Assembly (NCBI RefSeq): GCF_036321535.1
Contig: NC_087436.1
Coordinates: 22,012,001-22,076,000, forward strand
Length of the DNA stretch: 64,000 bases
Origin: Camelus dromedarius
Lineage: Eukaryota
Direction of reading: 5' to 3'
Shown here one piece after another: positions 49,900-62,680 of the stretch. The notes under the pieces are model-generated. The model made no database searches. It was given only the letters and a program-made list of their open reading frames with translations, and had not been told where the DNA came from. Every line of letters begins with the position of its first letter. Position 1 is the stretch's first letter. The translations under genes and the position numbers were made by a program.

Positions 49900-50720
49900 A
49901 TTTTATTCATTCCCTTGTCCACTGACATCACCTCGTACTGTGAGAGATGACAGTGTACAGCCGCCAATAGGCGTAAGTGGTCACTACTCACAGAGCTTGC
50001 AGAGGAGTCAGAGAGACATAAACAAACCAACAGACACAATATAAATACAAGTCATAATCGGTGCTAAGAAGGAATAGGATTTTGAGAAATTAACAGCAGG
50101 GAGCTTAATTTTATAAAGGATAATTAGGGACAGTGTCTTTGAGTAGGTGATATTCAATTGGAAGCTTGAAGGACGTCCCTCAGCATATATGTCCTCTCGT
50201 CTCTCATTGACTGAAGTCTGGTGGCTAAATCTAACCATAAGGAAGGCTGGGAAAATTGCCAATTCTAACAAAATTGTGTTCTTGGTAGTAAGAAAAAAGT
50301 GACACATTAACAAGAGGTGGGCCAAATAGTGGTGCCTGTTGCACCTACCAAAACGTTGCATGTCCTCTGTTAGAGGTTAGGCTGGGGATACGGGTGGGGT
50401 CAGCTCATGGTCAGCCTTAAAGGTATTTTAATTTAATTTTGTCTGATTTAGGAAACCACTGAATGGCTTTCAACAGAGAAGAGATTTAAGTCTATTTGTG
50501 TTTTTAAATGATTACAGTGACTACTATGTGAAATGACTTAAGGGGGTTAGAAGTAAGCAAGTAGTACAGATGATGGTGGCTGGACCAGCATGTTGGCAGT
50601 GGAAAGGAGAGAGGTGGCTGGGTTTTAGATATACTTAGGAGACAAAAGCAACTAAGTGAACCATAGGATAAAGTAGTCGAGGTTAAAAGAAGCATCAAGG
50701 GTGACACCTGAATGACGTAC
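49900..50720 (-). mobile_element. L2 LINE fragment (with an MLT1-like piece near 50180-50340)
   Basis: ctttgagtaggtgatattcaattggaagcttgaagga...ggaaaccactgaatggctttcaacagagaagaga...atttgtgtttttaaatgattac...gatgatggtggctggaccag. Confidence 0.7.
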
Positions 50721-52239
50721 ACAAAATACAGCACATGCACAAACTGTATAAAATAACCCTCACATCTGTATGTAAATATTTACCATTGGTGTAAACTCAG
50801 CTGCTACCAGGAAAGTACTAACACAGATTTTGAGTCACTTTGGTTGATTTTTCAAATCATTTGCAAGGCTATTGGAATTTATTTTTCCATATAATATTTT
50901 ACAAATGATAACCATTGTTTTGGGTGAATTGACATAATTCAAAGGCATTCCATCATTGTAGTCACCATAATCATCCTCTTCAACCGTTATTTAAACTGAT
51001 GTTTTCCTTTCCTGCAGTGTGTAGATCTCTGACCTGGATCTCAGGGGATTTGCAGAATTAACAGAGACATTATCCCATCCCTGAGATGACCCAAATTCTC
51101 AGCCTACAGAGGGATTTTAGCATTAATTATTTTCAGTATATCAGTAACTACACTTGGCTTTGTAATATGAAGTAGTCCTTGAAAGTGAGTGTCTGAATGT
51201 ATTTTCAGGGTACCTTTCTGTGAATTTCCCAGGTTTCAAACATGTTTCTTCTTTGCTAAAGACTTTGAAACACCTTGACTGTTGATATCTGTCTATCCAG
51301 CACAAAAAAGCAGATGGTTTTAGATGACCAGCTGTTTCTCCGGGACAAGACAAAGTACGGAATATTGTTAAAAATCAAAAGGGAGCAAATTTTATAATTT
51401 GACCCTGTTTATATGTCAGCCGGGTTGGCTGGTCATTCACTCTTCTAGAAGTGAATTATTGGAATTGGAATTATTCATCTTGGCATGTGTGTAAGATGTT
51501 CACGTTAACATTAGGTTCAGAATTCATATATGTGCTACTAGAATCCTGATCTCAGAATCTGTGACGGGGGCCATTTTATGGTTAAAATTACCTCAAGTAA
51601 CATTTCTTTTGGGGTTTCTTTAAAAACCTCTCCCCACTATTAAATTGAACTCAGAAGGAAACATGTTTCTAGTAGAATTTTTGAAGATTTGAAGTTCTTC
51701 CTATAATAAATACTAAGTAAGAATAGTGATCACAAGTCCCATTTTATAAAATGGGCACAAAAGCCAAATCTAGAGAAAATGGGATTAAAGTTCAGCATGA
51801 CCAAATAAACTGTGACATGAAAAAAGAACTTCCTGCCCAAAAGGGTTATTTTAACCCTACAAGTTATTAAACTAGGTTATGGGATTCCAGGACCTAAAGA
51901 TCCTCGAAAAAAATTGAATCAGAATAGCACAAAGCCTTACTCAAGTAGGTATTATTTACACAACCAAGGTATTACTTTCAAATTAATATCTCACAACATT
52001 ATTTACCGATGATGGTGGTAGGAGGTGAGACAGATATTCAGTATGTTTTGGAAAACACACAGAATTTGTTACTTGAGAAAAGTTTTAATAATTTTGGTGT
52101 TTTTACCACTTTGTTTTTCCTTGTCTACACTCAGAATAAAGGAATTTGGGCAGTGAAAATGGGAAGGATTCTAGATGATAAACATGCAGGAATACCTGTA
52201 TGAAAGGAGAACGGGAAAGTGTAAACTCGTGATAGTCAT

Positions 52240-52460
52240 AATAATAAAACTTGTATTAAGCACGTAGGTTTAGGCATTTATAGTTATTTATCCTATTTAA
52301 TCTTCATAACAACAACGTGCGGGTAGGTACTATTATCATGATTATTTTTACAAATGAGGGAACCAAAACGTGGTTAGATTTGGTGTGTAGCCCGTGTTTG
52401 CACAGTTGCTGGTGGAGCTGGGATTTACCTAGGCAGTCTGGTTCCACAGCCTGCCCTTTA
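52240..52460 (-). mobile_element. MIR SINE
   Basis: atttaatcttcataacaacaacgtgcgggtaggtactattatc...ttttacaaatgagggaacc...ggtggagctgggatttacctaggcagtctggttcca. Confidence 0.85.
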
Positions 52461-52825
52461 CCAGTGTCTCTTACAGCCTTGTCAACAAAGGTAAGAATGA
52501 GTTCTGTGGCTGGAATCTCAAAGGTTATTTCGTGGCACAGTGGGCAATGTGATACATGCACGTGAGGCGGCAGGACCACACCAGCCACCGTTACTATACG
52601 AAGCCCCTCAAAAGGTTAATGACACCCAACTGGGACCCTTTTCTGAGGAATCTGATTTTTTCCATTACAGCCAGACCAGCCATTGCAGTAGACAGGTCAG
52701 AATGGCCACGAGAGATGGATGCTATCCGGAAAGGCAAGATTACTTGCTTGGATTGATTGCTCCAGTGAATAGGGGCTTTCAAATGGCTCTAAAGTGGCCT
52801 TCCCATCACTGTTGAGTTGAGACAC

Positions 52826-53150
52826 AGCAGTTCTGTTTCTAGGTATATACCTGAGGCATTTTTAAGCCTACAGCTTCCCAGACAGGTCCCTAAAGTGTTT
52901 GAGGCCTGAAGATATGCACTGGTAACAAGCGCCCTCGGTGAGTCTCATGATCGGGGAGTTTAGGAGATAACTGCTTGGCGTGGTTCTCAGCCTCAGCTCA
53001 AAGTGGGAATCACCTGAGAGGCTGAAAGAGAACTGATGTCTTGATCCTACTAATTCTAATTTAATCAGCCCGGGGTGCAGCCTGGGCATAAGCAGATTTT
53101 TAAAACTCCCCAGCAGATTCGAATATGCAGCCAAATTTGAGATTTCTTGT
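52826..53150. mobile_element. Two adjacent MER5-family MITEs
   Basis: First ends ...taacaagcgccctcggtgagtctcatgatcggggagtttaggagataactg; second gtggttctcagcct...gaatcacctgagag...gcctgggcat...tttttaaaactccccag...aatatgcagccaaatttgaga. Confidence 0.7.
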
Positions 53151-53657
53151 CCTAGAACAGAGCTGTGTAGCCAGTGTGACCTGCACATCATTGTACTGGA
53201 AATTGGGAAGGGTTTTCAATCAACAGAGATTTGATTCTTTTAGCCCTTGAGGTGGCTGCATGTGTTTGGTGAGGTAGAAGTGGCTGGTCTACTTTAACTA
53301 TCCATCAGTAACATTTTCTCTTTACTGCAATGCACCCTATAAATATTACCATTTTCCAGGTCTGTTGTGATGTAAAACAGAATAGCATGCAAGCCATAGA
53401 ACAGGGCATCTGGATTTAAACAAAACAAAACAAAACTCTCTAGATAATTAAAATATTTAGACAGGGTTGCCGTCCAGTCTCCTAAAACTTCTTTGCAATA
53501 CTTTTTTCTGTTAGTATAAAATTGCAAGAGATCTGAAAGTCCACTAACACGATATGAATAAATAAATTGTATATGCACGAATTAGAGCAGTTAAAAATGA
53601 ATGAACTCTTTGTGTACATTGTGAAAAAAAAAAGATATTTTAAAATAAAAAGTTATG

Positions 53658-53727
53658 ACCCAAGTGCCCATCAATAGATGATTGGTTTAAGGAGCTAGTC
53701 TTGGTTTCCAGCTTAAGGAGAGGTCAG

Positions 53728-53798
<71 letters not shown>

Positions 53799-54230
53799 TA
53801 TATATATATACACACACATATATATATATACACATACACATTACTCAGCCATAAAAAAGAATGAAATATTGCCATTTGCAGCAACATGGATTGACCTAGT
53901 TAATACTATGTTTAGTGAAATGTCAGACAAAGACAAATACTGTATGATATCACTTATATATGGAATCTAAAAAATAATACAACTCGATCTATATACAAAC
54001 AGACTCAGTCTATATGAGGAACAGACTCACAGACATAGAAGACAAACATACAGTTACCAAATGGGACAGGGAAGAGGGTAGGGATATATCAGGAGTAGGG
54101 GATTAACAGATATGCACTAATATACACAAAATAGATAAGCAACAAGGATTTAAGTATAGCACAGGAACTTACACACAACATCTTGTAATAACCTATAATG
54201 GAATATGGCTTGCAAAATATTAAAAATGAA
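53658..54230 (+). mobile_element. L1 3' fragment containing an expanded microsatellite
   Basis: acccaagtgcccatcaatagatga...ttactcagccataaaaaagaatgaaatattgccatttgcagcaacatgga...cacttatatatggaatctaaaaa...tcttgtaataacctataatgga. Confidence 0.9.
53731..53840. repeat. Compound (TG)n(TA)n(CA)n microsatellite
   Basis: Alternating purine-pyrimidine tract of ~110 nt. Confidence 0.95.
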
Positions 54231-54453
54231 AAGATAAAAAGTGATAGAGGCATACATGTTTATTAAAAATGTAAAACGCATGAGAACAATAACAACTAAA
54301 TTCAGGACAGATATTATTTTTGGAATTAGAGGAAGAGAAATACAATCGAGAAAAGACCTACAAAATTCTTAATGTGTTTCTTTATCTATATCTTTCTTTA
54401 AAAGTAGAACTAAAGCAGATATGATTAGATTAATGGTAGATATATATGGATAT

Positions 54454-54551
54454 ATATATGTATTTATTTATTTAGTGGAGGTACTGGGGATTGAACCCAG
54501 AACCTTGTGCATGCTTAGTGTGCACTCTACCACTGAGCTATACCCTCCCCC
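54454..54551 (-). mobile_element. tRNA-derived SINE (camelid Vic-1 type)
   Basis: Minus strand: ggggagggtatagctcagtggtagagtgcacactaagcatgcacaaggttctgggttcaatccccagtacctcc + (TAAA)n. A and B boxes intact; probable TSD tggatat at 54447-54453 and 54552-54558. Confidence 0.9.
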
Positions 54552-55149
54552 TGGATATTTTTTATATCGTGCTTTATTATTTTCACTATCTGTCTATGTG
54601 TTTGAAATTAATTACAAATTAGTTAAAAGGTCAGGGAATAAGAATTGCTATAGACCAAAGCCCCCAAATCATAAAATGCTAATGCCAGAAAGGACCACAG
54701 AATCATTTTAGTCAGTACCTATATTACATTCATGAACACTTACCTGGAGGAAAGTGAAGTCTTTTCTCCATAACCCCCAGGTCACAGTGGTTTTGTGGTT
54801 TGTCTGAGGAGAAAGAGAAGGCCAGAGTGCCTGTGTGCCCTGCCCCACCCCGCCTCCACCCCAGGAGACAGGTGATGGATTGCATGGAACTCTAGTAACT
54901 CACGGGCAGCCTTTCTCCTCCCAGCTCCTCATCACTCCTACAGAGCCTGGTCCTTGCTTTCTGCTGACCAGGATCCGCAGCACTTCCACTCCACTCTCTC
55001 TGTCCATCTGCCCTTTCCATTCTGCCTTCTCCTGTCTCCCTACTCAGCCAGAACCATAGAATGGTTTTCAAAACGGTTCTCAGCAAAGAATCTAGAGTAC
55101 TCTAGATTCTCTCACTGTCTTCACTTGATCCCTCCTGGTTTCCAACTGG

Positions 55150-56155
55150 GATGCTTTCCATTGTTCAATTACTTTCATCTCCCTAGACTACTGACTATGG
55201 CTGGAGAAATTTGCAAAATCGTGCTGACTGGCTTCTCCTACCGAGTCTTGCATCTCACTGGGACTGCTCCTCGACGGCTTTTTTCTCCTGCCTTGTTATT
55301 GCCCTAATGAATTGATCGTGGTGAAGTTTCCAGACTCATCAAGTGCCCTGAAAAAGCATGACATTACTCTCTAGAAGCTGGACTCTAGGTGACCGAATGT
55401 AGTGAGGCTATCCATGTTTTGCTTGCATTTTCTCTTCCTCTTTTGAAACATTTATGTAAGATTTATATTCCTTCTTTAATCAGTCTGTCTCTAAGAAACA
55501 TAGATCAGCCGTCTCCTTACAAAAGTAACCTGTTCCTGGGTCCTCTTGATCCTTTTTCCTTATAGTCTTGGCCTCCGGTATTCTCATATAGTTTATTGTA
55601 GCAGAAATCTACCCTCTCTTCCTAACCACTCATGTTCTCTGTCATCAACTACTTTCATTGCTGCCAGAACAATCTTCCTAAAGATACTACTCTGGTTGTT
55701 TTATTCCAGTAGCTCCTCATTACTTTCTAAAGCAAGCTAAATTCTTTATCATCTGGCTTTGAGCTACATTTATACTATTGTTTCCCGTAAGTTTTCTCTT
55801 TTTAGACCCTATATTCTGACAAAACTAGACCATTCAGTTTTGTTTAATTACTACTCCCCTCTCCCTTCATCTAGAACGTCTTCCTCCAAGTGTATGTAAA
55901 AGTGCAAATATCACCATCTTTGTACATTTCTTAGGTTCCCTAACATAGTATCTCCCTCCTTCGAACTTGGATTATAATTTGTACTTCCTCTCCATCACGT
56001 TATCATTTTATACGTTGTAAACTGATTGAATAGTCCTATTTGTTTTGCTATCTTAAAAATTCTGGAATAAGACTACATAGTTCTTATTTTTGGTAGCCCT
56101 ATAGCATCTATCAGAATATGTAGCATTTAAACTAAATATGCATTTTATTGAATCA
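55150..56155 (+). mobile_element. L2 LINE fragments
   Basis: tggctggagaaatttgcaaaatcgtgctgactgg, ttgctgccagaacaatcttcctaaa, and an L2-like 3' end ...atagcatctatcagaat...ttattgaatc. Confidence 0.6.
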
Positions 56156-57419
56156 TACTGTCAATTTCTCTTGAGGTTAAGAAAGAATCAGGAGAGGAAG
56201 TAATCAAGGCTGTCCTTATATTGTAAAAGGTTTCTCTCCAGGAAGTTAATTGGCCTATCTAAGGATCTAAGCTTTGACTTCATTAGCTCCACTGAACTGC
56301 TTCCCAAAGTTTGCGTGACTAGACACTGTCTGCCTTGGGTGCCTTAGTCTTGCCAGTAACTGGTAACTTGTGAATCTCCTTTGTGTTGTTACATAAAGAA
56401 TCTCTGTGCAAAAAAGTAATTGCTTTCCTCAGCTGAAAAGGTCATGACTTTTCATAGTGGATAAGAACATGCGTTCAGTAAATAAACTGACAAAATCTAG
56501 TTCAGTTTCTGTCAAACCTGCCTGTCCCTGCTGCTTTCCTTATTGTTATGTTTGGGTGTTTCGTGGGTGCCAGTTATGGTGCAGACATTGTACAAAAGCA
56601 CAGTGATGGCATAGTTTCTATTTGTTAGAATTAAAACTAATAAATAATCTGCAAGTTTCAAAATGTACTATTAACTTTTTGAAACTTTTTATGATGAGTC
56701 TAGAGAGGGAAGTGAAATATGTGTATGTCATATCCTCCTGTTAACTCACAGCACATCCAGAACAGTCACTGAAGTATTCGCTACCATTTTTTAGTCCCAA
56801 TTTTACCAGCTAGAAAAATATTTTCAGTTTCATAAATGATCTCAGGACAAAGACAAAGGCCCAAAGTTCCAACAGTAAAACATGGTCTCAGAGTTATTGG
56901 AGTCTGTAGACCCTTTAAGGTTTTAAGAATGATGTCAAGCAATACCTCATAGGCTCTGAAGGCTAGAGATTAAATATTATGGGCATTTTCTCCAGCATCC
57001 AGATTCTCAGTCCGAGATAGAAGGGGCCTGCCTAGAGGGGATTTATAGACGTCTAATGCAGTGGGCTAATTTGCTAAGTAAGGCTCAAACAGTTTTTAAG
57101 AAAATTATAAAGATGAAGATACCATTGGCCAACTAAAAGAGACAAACAATTCAAAAGGAAAAGTCTAGCCCCCCAGTTCTCTACAGATCTTTTCTGCTTA
57201 AGTCTCTTTTTCTTAAACCCTGTACAACAAAAAGATTGCTGTACCAATTATCTATTGCTACAATAAAAACCAAACAAACAAAAAAAGTGATGAATATTCT
57301 GAAAGCATAAATCAGTGACCTCTAGCACCACCTTTGTCCCTAAGGATATGTTCTATTGAAAACAAAGGAAATCAAATCAGTATCTTATTGAACATCCTGA
57401 CTTCTTTTTTCTGTCTGGG

Positions 57420-57445
57420 TGTGGTAGATTATACATATCAGAGTA

Positions 57446-57492
<47 letters not shown>

Positions 57493-57984
57493 TACACATA
57501 TATACCCATGCACATATACATACAGGTTCTTTGTAGCACCTCCAAAAAGAGGTGGCATCTATTTTCCTACCCTCTGAGTCTGGCCTGCCTTTGTGACTTA
57601 CTTTGACCTGCACAATGCAGCAGAAATGACAGAAAGGAACTTCTGAACCTCTACTTCTATTGGCCTTACAACTTCTACTTTTACCATCTCGGGATACTTC
57701 CAGCATCATGTAAAAACCCCAGGTGAAAGGTTGCATGGAGAGTGAGCCCTGTATGTTACAGCTTTTCCAGCCATTCTAGCTGAGACCGCAGGCTGTGAGG
57801 CCATTTTAAAGCATCGAGCCCCAGCCAGGCCACTAGCTGCCTGGGCCACCCCCACCTGAGTGAGGCCAGATGAGGTGAACAAAACTGCCCGGTTCCGTCA
57901 CAGAGTCACATGGAATAAAACATCATTTTTGTAAAGTCAGTAAGTATCAAATGGGTTGTTATGCAGAAATAGGTAACTGATGCA
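57420..57984 (+). mobile_element. Solo LTR, ERVL-MaLR (MLT1-like) with internal (TA)n(CA)n microsatellite
   Basis: tgtggtagat...aagaggtggcatctattttcctaccctctgagtctggcctgcctttgtgacttactttgacc...ccagccattctagctgag...gggttgttatgcagaaataggtaactgatgCA. Confidence 0.85.
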
Positions 57985-60942
57985 CTAGGCTTACGTTACT
58001 TGTGTATCTTTAGCTTGATTCTCTAAACTCTGGAGTGTGCACAAGCAGAATTTCCCATGCACAGAATAGCATGTAAGGTAAGGCCCAAACAGAGATCATT
58101 CCAGCAAAGGATTGGACCTCTCCGAGTTACAGTTTCCTCATTTGTAAAGTGAGGGCACTGCATCAAGTGCATTTAAGATCTTTTTTTGCTCTATTTTCCA
58201 TAATGCCAGCTCATTTTACTAGACAGAGTCTCTGGAAGAATTGGAATTCATGATTCTAATTTTCTTCTTTCTCCTCTCTACCTGAATTGTTCTGGCCAAT
58301 TTATTCCTTGAGCGTCCAGGATCAACAAAAGGTACAAAATGGAAATGGGTGAGAGCTCCAAGTATATGGAGGAACGTGGACCCTCCTTCTCCACCTTTCC
58401 TGTGAAAATCTTGTTCCTTCTATGTATAGATAAGCTGTGCTCATCATCACCTTTTCTGAATTGCATAGTTGCAGGATGAAAAGCCGCAGGCACAGTCAGG
58501 AAGATGATTTACGCAAGGTGGCTACGCATTCCACTGAATTTTCACGTGTAAGAATCTGCACACACATTTGCTGACCCAATGTCCCAAGGCCCTAAGAAAG
58601 TTCCGTCACACCTGATACCCAGTACGTGCAACTAAAGGCAGATTGTGATTTTGGTGTTGGGATTTGTCTGTTTAGATTGGTCTGGGCTGGGCTGCTGTGT
58701 TCCAGGTCTCTTCAGCCGGCTGGTCAGATACATTTGACTTGAGTTCTGTGTCCTTGTTGGATGTTTCAGGCTTTGCTCCATGATCCTGAGTGGCATTACG
58801 TCAATGACATCACCCAGCGGAGAAATGATTTAGACGGCTAATCATTGTTGGACATAATTTCTCTTAGCATTGGAAAGAAATTGATGAAGATAAAATGCGT
58901 AGAATAGTGCAGCCAGAAAGCACTTTAGAAACCATTTAATGAGGAAAGTGGAACTCACAGAACAAGGGACATGCCCAAAGTCACAAAACTAGTTAATGGT
59001 GTTCTGTGCATTTTAAAAGTAAGCACCCCATTCTATCGCTGTGTATTACTGGAAATCATTGGAAGATCTAGGGTGCTGTGATGTTATGGCCAGTGCATGG
59101 GGAATGTGAATATATTCCTTTACACAATATTTGCCCTTAAAAACATGGACATGGATGGCTGAGCAAGGGCAGTAGTCAGATAATCCTGGGTTTACTTGAA
59201 TATGCATAGGTGTGTATACATATATGTGTGTATACATATGTATATGTATAAATATATGTGTGTATATTTATCTATATATACAAAGAGAGGGAGAGAGATG
59301 AGTGTGCCAGGATATTGATCAGCCTGTTTGCCACATGGAAGAACTAAAGAGCATGAAGAGAGTAGTAATCACTTATGCTGACTTTCAAACCCTCTGAAAG
59401 CTGCCATCCTACAAAACATGGTCCAATCAATGTCCTGGGATCCAACCAGCCATATCATTCTCTCTCAGTGTAGTGGAGGTTTCTCATTTTTTCCCAACTT
59501 AGCCTTTAGAAAAATTAAGGCAAAGAGCCTGGAGTTCCCCCTAGAGGCGAACGTTTATACACGCAACTTTCAAAGCACCCCGGGTTTTTGGCCTCGACGA
59601 TTCCCTAATGAATACATCGGCACGCTGTCTGTTCATTAGCTTCACAGATGTTAGCAGGATGAAGGTAGGGTACTTACAGTTGTCCCTTGTGAATTAAAGG
59701 TTGCAGATGTAGACATTGTTTCTTTTATGATGGACATTAAAACAAATGCAGTAGGTGACTTCTCACCTTTTAACATGTGCTCTTTGGTAGCACTTTTGGG
59801 TTCTGTGATCCAAAGTATCAGATAATCTCCAAAGTCCAGTTGAATGAGGGGTGTAGTTGTCTGAGTGGTGAGCTGGGAACCACCACCCTATATGTGTAAG
59901 CTGCTCTCTTCGTAACTGAACAGGCCGCTTGTCATCAGCTGGCGTCCCGGTCACTGCTGTAGGAAGTTGCCTCTCGTGCAGCAGGCGGTACTCAGCCACA
60001 AGCAGAGGCAGCTCAGATGCCGTCATTCAATGATAGTTCTCAATGGCAAATCCGTGGATGATCAACAGATCATGTTGGGGCTATGAAAACAGGGGGATGC
60101 TCTTTCATAGGTGCTTAATTAATAGATAGTAATTAAGAGAGGTGGCAGGGTTTTTTTATTCTCTCGTTTCTGTCTTTGCTCTCTGTTAGTGATGTGTAAT
60201 AAGCCACCAAAAGAGGGCTGAAGTCCAGTCTTATGAAATTAGCAGATGGATTTGTTAAATTCCTGGTGAGACATGGTTTGGGAATATTCTCTAGTGTAGA
60301 AAAGTAGTATCTATTTGTATCCATCTCTGTATATATACTTTAAGAGTAGAAATTCCATTTTCATGTGAGACAGGTTATGTATTTTAATATATAGCGTAGG
60401 CACTGCCCAGGTGACTACTTTCATCTTTTTTTTTTTTTTTTTTTTTTTACTGTGTATCGATTCTGAGGATTTAGAAAGAAATGAGGAAGAATAAAAGTTG
60501 ATGTATTTGCTTTTGTAGTTTCTGTTTCACTTTTTCTGGTGTTGTCTTCGTGCTGCCAATTGTGGGAGGCCGTTTAGGAAGCATTCGGGGTGCTTTCTGC
60601 AACTTGATTGGCCCTTGCTGCCAGGGCTTCCGGTTGTATGGTGAAGGAATTCCTGTAATTTACAGGGACACAAAGCAGCCTTTAAAAACACACCCACCGA
60701 GCAGACAGGAGGAAAAAACACACAGTTTGGCCAAAAAAAAGTAAGGAAGCCCATGTCTAGAAAAGCTTGCTGAACACCCCATCAGGAAATGCTCATTACT
60801 TTCATTTTGAACAGCGGCTTCCAAGATCTGTTTTCATATTTATAGAGTGGCTGGCAGCAAGCAAATGTAATCTTGAAGGCTGTGTTTTACTTAGTATTTT
60901 GTTTCTGCTTTTTAAATGCCACTTTTAAAACTGTATAGGAAA

Positions 60943-62007
60943 TACACCACACTTCTTTATCCAGTCATCTATCAATGGACATTTAGGTTGCTTCCATGGC
61001 TTGGCTACTGTAAATAGTGCTGCTGTGAATATTGGGGTGCTAGTATCTTGCTGAATTAGAGTTCCCTCTGGATATATGCCCAGGAGTGAGATTGCTGGAT
61101 CATATAGTAGGTCTATTTTTAATTTTTTAAGGAATCTCCATACTGTTTTCCATAGTGGCTGCACCAAACTACATTCCCACCAACAGTGTAGGAGGATTTC
61201 TTTTTCTCCGCACCCTGTCCAACATTTATTGTTTGTGGACTTTTTAATGATGGCTATTCTGACTGCTGTGAGGTGGTACCTCATAGTTTTGATTTGCATT
61301 TCTCTGATAATTAGCAATGTTGAACATCTTTTCATGTGCCTATTAGCCATCTGTAGCTCTTCATTGGAGAACTGTCTGTTTAGGCCTTCTGCCCACTTTT
61401 CGGTTATTATTTGTTGTTGTTGTTGTTTTCGTTACTGATAGTTTGTATATTCTGGAAATTAAGCCCTTGTCAGTCATGTCATTTGCAAAAATTTCCTCCC
61501 ATTCTGAACGTTGTCTTTTAGTTTCATTTATGGTTTCCTTTGCTGTACAGAAGCTTGTAAGTTTAATTAGGTCCCATTTCTGCTGCAACATGGATGGACC
61601 TGGAGGTAATCATACTGAGTGATGTAAGCCAGAAAGAGAAAGACAAATATCAGATGATATCACTTATATGTGGAATCTAAAAAAAATGACACAAGTGAAT
61701 TTATTTACAAAACAGAAACAGACTCATGGAGGTAGAAAACAAACTTATGGTTACCAAGGGGGAAAGTAAGGGGAGAAATAAATTGGGAGTTTGGAATTTG
61801 CAGATATTAACTATTATATATAAAATAGATAAACAGGAAGGCCCTACTGTATAGCACAGGGAACTCTATTCAATATCTTGTCATAACCTATAATGAAAAA
61901 AATATGAAAAAGAATATATATGTACACATATATCACCATGCTGTACACCAGAGACTAACACGACGTTGTAAATAGACTATAGTTCAATTAAAAAAAAGAG
62001 AGAGAGA
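60943..62007 (+). mobile_element. Young L1 with 5' inversion, 16-bp TSD
   Basis: Antisense ORF2 segment at 60943 to ~61579 (ORF 60925-61350 minus, [21 protein letters not shown]...), then sense ORF2 end/3'UTR and A/(AG)n tail; TSD aaaactgtataggaaa at 60927-60942 and 62008-62023. Confidence 0.95.
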
Positions 62008-62449
62008 AAAACTGTATAGGAAAGAATGAGCTCACAATCATGGTTTTGACTTCTTCAATGGACTCAGATGTAATGGATGGTGACTGTTTATTACACTACA
62101 GGAAAAAGAATACATCTTAACCCAAACTCTCAAACCTATTAGAATGAATCGAAGTTAAAGAACTTTTGTGTAAAAATTAGCTTGGGGCTTTGTGCAAAAG
62201 ATCTGACACGTTCACCTGGGCCACCTTAGTTACTTGGTGCAGAAGATTTTTTATTGCACATGTGCAGTATCTAGAAGCACTTAATTCCATTTACACGTAG
62301 AAACAGTGTCTGTGAAAATAGTGCCAAGGTTGGAGTTTGAAAACAGAGCTCAGATCCCAGGTTTTCCTTTCCTGGGCTTAAAATGTTTCTTCCTGGACAT
62401 TCATGAAGTGGGGACAGTAAGTTTTGCCTTAACTGCCCCCATAGGGTTA

Positions 62450-62680
62450 CTGAATCAAGCGGAGCCTAGTCAGGAGACAGAAAGCACACTGCTTTTTTGA
62501 ACATAGATGTTGACTAGAAGTAATTAAGTAAGCATATTGTTTTGAATGAGGTAAAATTATAACAGATGGGAGCTCTAAGAGGTAGCTACCACCTCTAGAG
62601 CTGGAGGAACAGAGGGAAGAATTTAGAATTATTAAAACTTAGAACCTCAGAGGAAAGGGATCTAAAGATGTGAATTTTAT
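62450..62680 (-). mobile_element. Old LTR fragment (LTR78-like)
   Basis: cctagtcaggagacagaaagcacac...tttgaaca and gctaccacctctagagctggaggaacagagggaaga resemble the recalled consensus. Confidence 0.45.

Noticed and set aside
53687..53970. ORFs with VCVC/YIYI/HTHT runs (also 57334-57736)
   Set aside because: Translations of dinucleotide microsatellites.
54476..54551. tRNA gene
   Set aside because: tRNA-like A/B boxes are followed by a (TAAA)n tail and TSD, and the acceptor stem is not intact; it is a SINE.
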